Source: an uncultured Gammaproteobacteria bacterium (GTDB lineage: Bacteria > Pseudomonadota > Gammaproteobacteria > Steroidobacterales > GCA-2729495). From it: a stretch of 54,764 bases of DNA. Under the pieces are notes generated by a model. The model was not told the DNA's origin, did no database searches, and was given only the letters and a program-made list of their open reading frames with translations. Made by a program: the position numbers and the translations under genes. The stretch is taken from assembly GCA_937958785.1 (NCBI GenBank), contig CALGMY010000141.1:1-54764 (forward strand), in the 5' to 3' direction. The first letter of the stretch is position 1. The number at the start of each line of letters is the position of its first letter. Positions 9,576 to 16,077 of this stretch are shown piece after piece.

Positions 9576-10487
9576 TCAGGGCGGGTCCAGCAGCGCCGCC
9601 ATCCGCCGGCGCAGCGGCTCATCCGGCAGCCGCCCGGTGCCGCCCGCCAGGTTGTCCCGGAGGTTCTTCACGCTGGTCGTCGCCGGGATCACGGCCGTGA
9701 CCGCCGGGTGGGCGACGATGAACTTCATGAAGAACTGGCCCCACGACGTGCAGTCGAATTCCGCGGCCCAGCCCGGCAGGGGCCTGCCGCGGACGCGGCC
9801 GAACAGTTCACCCCGCATATAGGGGCGGTTCACCAGCACGGCCATGCCCCGCTCCTGCGCCAGCGGCAGCAGCACCTGCTCCGCCTCCCGCTCCCCGAGG
9901 CTGTAATTCAGCTGGACGAAATCCAGGGGTTCGGCCCGCATCACCGCGGCAAACTCCTCGTACTGCTCCTTGCGCGAGGTGGTGATGCCGAGGTAGCGGA
10001 TGCGGCCCGCCTCCCGCCAGTCCCGGAGCGTCGCAAGGTGCGTCCGCCAGTCCCGCAGGTTGTGGACCTGCATGAGGTCGATCCGGGCGACGCCGAGCAG
10101 GGCCAGCGACTGCTCCATCTGCCGGATGCCGGCCTCGCGGCCGTCGGCCCAGACCTTGGTCGCGGTGAACACGGGCGGCCGGCCGAGGGCGCCCAGCAGT
10201 TCGCCGGTCACAGCCTCGGCGCGCCCGTACATGGGTGAGGAATCGATGACGGTGCCACCCCCCGCGAGCAGGGTGCGGACCACCTCCACGAGCGGGCCCC
10301 GGGCTTCTGGCGTGCTGGTCACGTCGAAGGTGCGGGACGTCCCGAGGCCGATCACCGGCAGGGCCTCGCCGGTGGCAGGGATGCGGCGGGTCAGCAGCGG
10401 CGCGGGCGTGGCATCGGCGCGGACCCGCCCGTTGGCCAGGAGCGCCGCGCCGGCCAGCTGGGCGAGGAATGTCCTGCGATTGGTCAT
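9576..10487 (-). CDS. Aldo/keto reductase with a Tat-type signal peptide
   Basis: Internal ATG at 10487 (MTNRRTFLAQLAGAALLANGRVRA) preceded by gagagg. AKR-like core: IDSSPMYG, DLMQVHN, YLGITTS. The track's N-terminal extension is not coding-like. Confidence 0.8.
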   Translation of the reverse strand: MTNRRTFLAQLAGAALLANGRVRADATPAPLLTRRIPATGEALPVIGLGTSRTFDVTSTPEARGPLVEVVRTLLAGGGTVIDSSPMYGRAEAVTGELLGALGRPPVFTATKVWADGREAGIRQMEQSLALLGVARIDLMQVHNLRDWRTHLATLRDWREAGRIRYLGITTSRKEQYEEFAAVMRAEPLDFVQLNYSLGEREAEQVLLPLAQERGMAVLVNRPYMRGELFGRVRGRPLPGWAAEFDCTSWGQFFMKFIVAHPAVTAVIPATTSVKNLRDNLAGGTGRLPDEPLRRRMAALLDPP

Positions 10488-10633
10488 TGGCTGCCTCTCT
10501 GCATCAATACGGGTGTCAATGGCCAGATATGCCGCTGGAATCCGGCGTGCGTCAAGCCCAGAATCGTCGCTGCGCACCGTGACAACAATGTACTAACATG
10601 TCGGGAGGCCAGAAACGAGTGCTCGTTCCATCC

Positions 10634-10885
10634 ATGAAGACCACGATTCGCAGGCTCGGGAATTCCCGCGGCATCCTCATTCCAAAGCCTTTCCTGGTAC
10701 AGGTCGGGCTCGAGCAGGGGGCCGCCGAGCTGACCGTGGAAGGCGATGCCATCGTGCTCCGTCGCGCCCGGCCGGAGGTCAGGGCCGGCTGGGCCGAGGC
10801 GTGCCAGTCCCTCTCGCTGGCGGGCGATGACGCGCTGGTCTGGCCCGAGTTCGGCAATTCGGGCGATGAGGACCTGGCGTGGTGA
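10634..10885 (+). CDS. mazE: MazE/PemI (AbrB/SpoVT-fold) antitoxin
   Basis: MKTTIRRLGNSRGILIPKPF swapped-hairpin motif and an acidic C-terminus (GDEDLAW). The stop overlaps the mazF start (GTGGTGA). Alternative in-frame starts at GTG 10619 or ATG 10598. Confidence 0.8.
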   Translation: MKTTIRRLGNSRGILIPKPFLVQVGLEQGAAELTVEGDAIVLRRARPEVRAGWAEACQSLSLAGDDALVWPEFGNSGDEDLAW

Positions 10886-11199
10886 AGCGTGGTGAAGTCT
10901 GGCTGGCCACCCTGGACCCCGCGCGGGGCAGCGAAATCCGCAAGACCCGGCCGTGCCTCGTGATCTCGCCCCCGGAAATGAACGCCCACCTGCGGACGGC
11001 CATCGTCGCACCCCTCACCCGCGGGGCCCGCTCCGCCCCGTTCCGCGTCCCCGTGCGCTTTGCCGGCAAGTCGGGGCTGATCGTGCTCGACCAGATCCGG
11101 ACCCTCGACAAGGAGCGGCTGGTGAAACGCCTTGGCAGCGTGGGCCGGCGAACCCTCGCGGCGACCCTGGGCACCCTGCAGGAGATCTTCGCGCCCTGA
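10879..11199 (+). CDS. mazF: MazF/PemK-family endoribonuclease toxin
   Basis: 106 aa, GTG start. KRGEVWLATLDPARGSEIRKTRPCLVISP and LDQIRTLDKERL are typical of PemK/MazF. Confidence 0.85.
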   Translation: MVKRGEVWLATLDPARGSEIRKTRPCLVISPPEMNAHLRTAIVAPLTRGARSAPFRVPVRFAGKSGLIVLDQIRTLDKERLVKRLGSVGRRTLAATLGTLQEIFAP

Positions 11200-11204
11200 C
11201 GGCG

Positions 11205-11951
11205 CTACCGGGATGGCAGAACCGTGCGCCGGCGGCGCGCCTGGAAGAGCCGGATGAACTCCCCGAACACCGCGTCACCGAGCCGGCGCGACCTATCGAT
11301 GTGTACCGGGGTATCGCGGGCGATCGCCTCGGGGTCTATGACCCCCTGGAGCGCTTCGAGTTCACGGCGATTGACCGGCGCGTGCAGCCAGCGGTTGACC
11401 ATGGGCTCGTCCACCTCCAGGTGGAACTGCAACCCGTACACGTTGTGCCCGTAGCGGAATGCCTGGTGCGGGCACGCGGCCGAGGTGGCGAGGTGCACCG
11501 CACCGTGCGGGATGGCGAAGGTGTCGCCATGCCACTGGAAGATCTTCTCGGGTCCCGCGAAGTGCCGGAACAGCGGGTCCGAGCGGCCGGCCTCGGTGGG
11601 CGCCACGTCGTACCAGCCGATCTCCTTCGTGTGATGGGGCAGCACCGGGGCGCCGAGGGCCCGGGCCAGCAGCTGGGAGCCGAGGCAGATCCCCAGCACG
11701 GGCTTCCCGTCCCGCATCGCCGCCTGGATCGCCGCCACCTCCGTCGCCAGGTGCCGGTAGCGGGTGACCTGGTCGCAGTTCATGGGGCCGCCGAGCACGA
11801 CGAGCCCGTGGTAGCGGTCGAGGTCGGGCACCGCGTCCGGATGGCGGCCGAAGTTGACGTAGCGGATCCGGAAGCCGTGGTCCCGGAGCAGCGGGTCGAG
11901 GGTGCCGAGGATCTCGTGGGGGACGTGCTGGAAGACGAGCAGGCGGCGCAT
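11205..11951 (-). CDS. Class-I glutamine amidotransferase (GMP-synthase-like GATase domain protein)
   Basis: 248 aa. Nucleophile elbow PVLGICLGSQLLARALG; His-Glu in LQFHLEVDEP. Confidence 0.8.
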   Translation of the reverse strand: MRRLLVFQHVPHEILGTLDPLLRDHGFRIRYVNFGRHPDAVPDLDRYHGLVVLGGPMNCDQVTRYRHLATEVAAIQAAMRDGKPVLGICLGSQLLARALGAPVLPHHTKEIGWYDVAPTEAGRSDPLFRHFAGPEKIFQWHGDTFAIPHGAVHLATSAACPHQAFRYGHNVYGLQFHLEVDEPMVNRWLHAPVNRRELEALQGVIDPEAIARDTPVHIDRSRRLGDAVFGEFIRLFQARRRRTVLPSR

Positions 11952-11991
11952 CCGGCGATTCTAGGGCTGGACGCGCCGCCTGTCCCGGGCC

Positions 11992-12489
11992 TCAGCGGGG
12001 CTTCGAGAAGACGTAGTCGCTGGCCTTCTGGCTGGTGTGGCAGCCGAAGCAGGCGGTCGCCGCCTGGTCACCCACCACTCTCTGGGCCGGATCGCCGGCC
12101 GCAAAACCCTCAAAGCCCCAGCCGCCGGTGGCAGCGTACTTCCGCGCGTCCTTGTGCATCACCCCGAGGACCTTGCGCGGTCCCTCCTGCACGGCGTTGC
12201 CCCCGGTCACCACATCCAGCAGGTCGAAGGCGATGACCGCGCCATCGGGGAATGTCCCGCTGGCGTACCCCGTCATCGCCTCGGCGTTGGCGTACAGGTG
12301 GTGGATGCCGCCGAACGAGGCGTAGAGTTCGTGGCCGGGCTCGATGACCATGCTCTTCACGTGCTGCCACGTCCGGTAGTCCTTCGGGTAGGGGACGACG
12401 GCGTCGACGGCGAGGGCGGCCTGCCCGGCGGTGGACAGCACGGCGGCGAGCACGGCCGGGGGGAGTCGGTTGGCGGGGTTCTTGGGCAT
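11992..12489 (-). CDS. Cytochrome P460-family haem protein, periplasmic
   Basis: Internal ATG at 12489 after GGAGAG. Signal peptide MPKNPANRLPPAVLAAVLSTAGQAALA. C-terminal CFGCH haem motif; YPKDYRTWQHVKS and GGWGFEGF resemble P460 proteins. Confidence 0.75.
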   Translation of the reverse strand: MPKNPANRLPPAVLAAVLSTAGQAALAVDAVVPYPKDYRTWQHVKSMVIEPGHELYASFGGIHHLYANAEAMTGYASGTFPDGAVIAFDLLDVVTGGNAVQEGPRKVLGVMHKDARKYAATGGWGFEGFAAGDPAQRVVGDQAATACFGCHTSQKASDYVFSKPR

Positions 12490-12592
12490 GGCACTCTCCG
12501 GTGTTGACGTGAAACGGGACCACACGCTATCAACGGGGGTCGGCCCTGCCCAGCAGGCACCGGCAGGTGGGTGGGTTACCGGAAGGTTCAGT

Positions 12593-12940
12593 ATGTTGAT
12601 GAAAAAAGAATTCGATCCGGAGCGCGGCCAGCGCAGCGTGCCCCGCATGGTCGAGCAGGTGCTGGGCTGCAAGTGGACCCTGCGCGTCCTGGCTGCCATC
12701 CGCGGCGGCGTGGTCCGGCCCGGCGCGCTCGAGCGCGACATCGCGGGCATCAGCACCAAAGTGCTCAATGAGCGGCTGCGCAAGCTGGTCCGCTTCGGCG
12801 TCGTGGAGCGGCGCGCCTTCCCGGAAGTGCCTCCCCGGGTCGAGTACCGACTGACACCCTTCGGGCGCCGTTTCAGCCGGGTGCTCGACGCGGTGGAAGC
12901 GCTCGAGGCCGAGAGCGCCGACAGGCCTGTTCGCGGCTGA
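12593..12940 (+). CDS. HxlR-family winged-helix transcriptional regulator
   Basis: ATG at 12593 after GGAAGG. VLGCKWTLRVLAAI, ISTKVLNERLRKLVRFGVVERRAFPEVPPRVEYRLTPFG. Divergent from the P460 gene. Confidence 0.85.
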   Translation: MLMKKEFDPERGQRSVPRMVEQVLGCKWTLRVLAAIRGGVVRPGALERDIAGISTKVLNERLRKLVRFGVVERRAFPEVPPRVEYRLTPFGRRFSRVLDAVEALEAESADRPVRG

Positions 12941-12953
12941 AGCCGCTCCTACA
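12931..12953. repeat. REP-like element between convergent genes
   Basis: tcgcggctgaagccgctcctaca is the reverse complement of TGTAGGAGCGGCTTCAGCCGCGA. It contains both the HxlR TGA (12938-40) and the yafV TAG (12949-51). Confidence 0.85.
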
Positions 12954-13722
12954 GGAGCGTGAAAGGGTCGGCGTCGCGCCAGGCGGGGAACTTCTCCCGG
13001 TAGCGGCGCAGGGCGGCAAGGTCCAGATTGACGGTGCAGTGCCCTGGGTCGCAGCCGAGATCCGCGAGCGGCTGCCCCAAGTGGTCGTGCACGCTGCTGT
13101 CGCCCGAATAAGCGATGCCCTTGCCGTCGGTGCCGGTGCGGTTGACGCCGGCCACGTAGCACTGGTTCTCCACGGCCCGGGCCGGCAGCAGCGCGCGCCA
13201 GGCCGTGCGGCGCGCGGCGGGCCAGTTGGCCACGTAGAGCAGCAGGTCGTAGGCGTCGGCGCCCCGGCTGAAGACCGGGAAGCGGAGGTCGTAGCAGACG
13301 AGGGGGCAGACGCGCCAGCCCTTTAGTGTCGTGATCAGCCGGTCCCGCCCCGGCGCGAAGTGCTCGTGCTCGCCGGCCATGCGGAAGAGGTGGCGCTTGT
13401 CGTAGTGCCGGTGGCGGCCGTCGGGGGGCATCCAGACGAAGCGGTTGAAGTAGCGTCCGCCGTCCTCGATGACCAGGCTCCCGCAGATCACGGCGCCGAG
13501 TTCCGCGGCCAGGGCGGCCAGCCACCCGACCGTGGGCCCGGACATGGGCTCGGCCTGGGCCCGGGTGTCCATGGTGAAGCCCGTGGTGAACATCTCCGGC
13601 AGGACCACGAGGTCCGTCGGCCCCGGCAGGCCGCGGAGCAACGCGCCGAAATGCGCCCGGTTCGCCGCCGGGTCGTGCCAGGCGAGCGGCGCCTGCACGA
13701 GCGTGACGGTCAGATCCTGCAC
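12949..13722 (-). CDS. yafV: Omega-amidase / carbon-nitrogen hydrolase (YafV-like)
   Basis: In-frame GTG at 13722 (VQDLTVTLVQ). Nitrilase-superfamily triad context: VVLPEMF (Glu), YDKRHLF (Lys), VCYDLRFP (Cys). Overlaps the ybdL stop by 13 nt. The upstream 264 codons of the track ORF are an artefact. Confidence 0.85.
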   Translation of the reverse strand: MQDLTVTLVQAPLAWHDPAANRAHFGALLRGLPGPTDLVVLPEMFTTGFTMDTRAQAEPMSGPTVGWLAALAAELGAVICGSLVIEDGGRYFNRFVWMPPDGRHRHYDKRHLFRMAGEHEHFAPGRDRLITTLKGWRVCPLVCYDLRFPVFSRGADAYDLLLYVANWPAARRTAWRALLPARAVENQCYVAGVNRTGTDGKGIAYSGDSSVHDHLGQPLADLGCDPGHCTVNLDLAALRRYREKFPAWRDADPFTLL

Positions 13723-14903
13723 AGGATCTCCGCGGCGCGCTCGAGGGTGGACTCGTCCTTGGCGAAGCAGAAGCGGAGCAGGGGGCGCGCCAGCGGCTCG
13801 GCGCAGAACACCGACACGGGGATGCACGCGACCCCCGCCTCCCGGGTCAGCCGCCGGGCGAAGGCCACGTCGTCCTCGCCGGTGATGTCGCCGTAGTCGA
13901 GCAGCTGGAAGTAGGTGCCCGCCGCCGGCGCTAGCCGGAACCGCGAGCCCGCCAGCAGCGCGCAGAAGCGGTCCCGCTTCGCCTGGTAGAAGGCGGACAG
14001 GCCCAGGTAGTGACCGGGGTCCGACGCGAGGAAATCCGCCAGGGCCCACTGCATGGGCGTCACCACGCAGAACTGCACGAACTGGTGCACCCGGCGGAAC
14101 TCCCGGGTCAGCGCCGCGGGCGCCACGCAGTAGCCGATCTTCCAGCCCGTCGCGTGGTAGGTCTTGCCGAAGGACGAGACCACGAAGCTGCGGTCGGCGA
14201 GCGCCGGGTATCGCAGCAGGCTCTCGTGTCGCCGGCCGTCGAAGAGGATGTGCTCGTAGACCTCGTCGCCGAGGAGGAGGAGGCGCGACCCGCTGACCAG
14301 TTCCGTGAGTGCGTCGAGGTCGGCCGGGACCAGCACGGCGCCGGTCGGATTGTGGGGCGTGTTGAGGATGAGGAGCCGCGTGCGGGGCGTGACCGCCGCC
14401 CGCACCCGGTCCCAGTCCACGGCGAAGTCCGGCGCCATGAGGGGCACGTGCACGGCCCGGCCGCCGGCCAGGCGGATGGCGGGATCGTAGGCATCGTAGG
14501 CCGGGTCCAGGCACAGCACCTCGTCACCGGGCTGCACCACGGCCTCGATGGCGCAGAACAGGGCCTCGGTGGCCCCGGAGGTGATGGTCACCTCCGTGTC
14601 CGGGTCGACCACCCGCCCGTACAGGGCGAGCGTCTTCAGCGCCACCTGCTCCCGCAGGGCGGGCAGGCCGGCCATGGGGGCGTACTGGTTGTGGCCGCTG
14701 CCGAGGTGCGCCGCAACCCGCTCGAGCAGGCCCGCGGGCGGCGGAAAGTCCGGGAACCCCTGGGACAGGTTGATGGCCCCGTGGCGGGCCGCCAGGTCGG
14801 ACATCACGGTGAAGATGGTCGTGCCCACGTCGGGCAGCTTGCTCACGACCTCGGGCGGCGGGCCGGCAGGCGCCCGGGTGGCAGGGGATGCGGGGGGCGG
14901 CAT
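13710..14903 (-). CDS. ybdL: Class I/II PLP-dependent aminotransferase (methionine/glutamine transaminase, YbdL-like)
   Basis: SKLPDVGTTIFTVMSDLAARHGAINLSQGFPDFPPP matches the YbdL N-terminus. PLP lysine in SSFGKTY. Start chosen at ATG 14903; ATG 14963 is also possible. Confidence 0.85.
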   Translation of the reverse strand: MPPPASPATRAPAGPPPEVVSKLPDVGTTIFTVMSDLAARHGAINLSQGFPDFPPPAGLLERVAAHLGSGHNQYAPMAGLPALREQVALKTLALYGRVVDPDTEVTITSGATEALFCAIEAVVQPGDEVLCLDPAYDAYDPAIRLAGGRAVHVPLMAPDFAVDWDRVRAAVTPRTRLLILNTPHNPTGAVLVPADLDALTELVSGSRLLLLGDEVYEHILFDGRRHESLLRYPALADRSFVVSSFGKTYHATGWKIGYCVAPAALTREFRRVHQFVQFCVVTPMQWALADFLASDPGHYLGLSAFYQAKRDRFCALLAGSRFRLAPAAGTYFQLLDYGDITGEDDVAFARRLTREAGVACIPVSVFCAEPLARPLLRFCFAKDESTLERAAEILCRI

Positions 14904-14998
14904 GGATCCGGTGACGGGAATTTGGCGTTTTGTTTGACTTCGGTTGCGGCGCACCCCGATCATAGCGCCTGTTTTCCCGCGGTACCCCGCCAGGACGC

Positions 14999-16066
14999 AT
15001 GAATCCCCTCACCGATGCCCCGGTGGCCCCGGCCGCCGCGCCCGGAACCCCGGTCGCACCCGGCCCGTCGGCCTTCTTCCCGACCGGCCAGAGTGGACGC
15101 ATGACCGCGGTCCGCCACCTCATCGAGCAGGTGGCGGCATTCCAGACCAGCGTCCTCATCACCGGCGAGTCGGGCACGGGCAAGGAGTGGGCCGCGCGCT
15201 ACGTGCACGAACTTTCACCCCGGGCCGACAAGGCCTTCGTGCCCGTGAACTGCGGGGCGATCCCCGCCGACCTGCTCGAGAGCGAACTCTTTGGCCACGA
15301 GAAGGGAGCCTTCACCGGCGCCATCTCCACCCGGGTGGGACGGTTCGAGGCCGCCGAGGGCGGCACGCTGTTCCTCGACGAGATCGGTGACATGAGCCTG
15401 CCAATGCAGGTGAAGCTGCTGCGGGTGCTGCAGGAGCGGACCTACGAGCGGGTCGGCAGCAACCGTCCCCGCAGCTGCGACGTGCGGATCATCGCGGCGA
15501 CCCACCGCAACCTGGAGGCGGCGATCCGGGAAGGCAACTTCCGGGAAGACCTCTATTACCGCCTCAACGTGTTCCCGATCGAGTTGCCCCCGCTCCGGGA
15601 GCGGCTCGAGGACCTCGGCGACCTCATCGCGAACATCCTGGAGCGTTGCCGGGCCACCGGCCTGTCACCGGTACAGGTGACGCCCGGCGCGGTGCGCATC
15701 CTCCGGCACTACGCCTGGCCCGGGAACATCCGGGAGCTCGCCAACCTGCTCGAGCGGCTCTGCGTGCTGTATCCGGACGGGGTGGTGGATATCCCCCAGC
15801 TGCCCACCCGGTACACGGCCAGCGCCCCCTTGCGGGAAGCGGACCGGCGGGAGGTGGCCGCCACCCGCGCCTCCGGGCCCCAGCCCCAGGACATCGAGCT
15901 GCCGGCGGAGGGCCTGCCGCTCAAGGACTACCTGGAGCAGATCGAGATGGCCCTGATCCGCCGCGCGCTCCACGACGCCAACGGCGTCATCGCCCACGCG
16001 GCCGAGAAGCTGCAGGTCCGCCGCACCACCCTCGCCGAGAAGATGAAGCGCTACGGGATCGGCTAG
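14999..16066 (+). CDS. Sigma-54-dependent enhancer-binding protein with AAA+ and Fis-type HTH domains only (no N-terminal receiver or sensor domain)
   Basis: 355 aa. A Pro/Ala-rich 30-aa N-terminus runs straight into Walker [15 protein letters not shown] loop, Walker [11 protein letters not shown]-terminal [24 protein letters not shown]. Confidence 0.9.
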   Translation: MNPLTDAPVAPAAAPGTPVAPGPSAFFPTGQSGRMTAVRHLIEQVAAFQTSVLITGESGTGKEWAARYVHELSPRADKAFVPVNCGAIPADLLESELFGHEKGAFTGAISTRVGRFEAAEGGTLFLDEIGDMSLPMQVKLLRVLQERTYERVGSNRPRSCDVRIIAATHRNLEAAIREGNFREDLYYRLNVFPIELPPLRERLEDLGDLIANILERCRATGLSPVQVTPGAVRILRHYAWPGNIRELANLLERLCVLYPDGVVDIPQLPTRYTASAPLREADRREVAATRASGPQPQDIELPAEGLPLKDYLEQIEMALIRRALHDANGVIAHAAEKLQVRRTTLAEKMKRYGIG

Positions 16067-16077
16067 GCCGCCATTCC

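Noticed and set aside
7723-9822. 699-aa plus-strand ORF antisense to copA
   Set aside because: It is antisense to a P-type ATPase with every catalytic motif intact. Its composition (R/G/A/H/D runs) is non-protein-like, and it crosses the copA promoter region and enters the AKR gene.
10488-11204. Possible mobile element carrying mazEF
   Set aside because: I could see no integrase, transposase, flanking direct or inverted repeats, or tRNA target. The composition is not visibly different from the neighbouring DNA.
12949-14514. Single 521-aa ORF in the track
   Set aside because: Only the C-terminal 257 codons (from GTG 13722) look like a protein, a CN-hydrolase. The upstream part overlaps the ybdL gene in another frame and is Arg/Pro-rich.
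14923-14937. TGGCGTTTTGTTTGA, a sigma-54-like sequence upstream of the orphan EBP gene
   Set aside because: It has the GG of the -24 box, but the -12 position reads TTGA rather than TTGC (no GC dinucleotide) and the -24 box is TGGCGT. A sigma-70-like TTGACT-N18-GATCAT is equally plausible. The evidence is too weak to call either.
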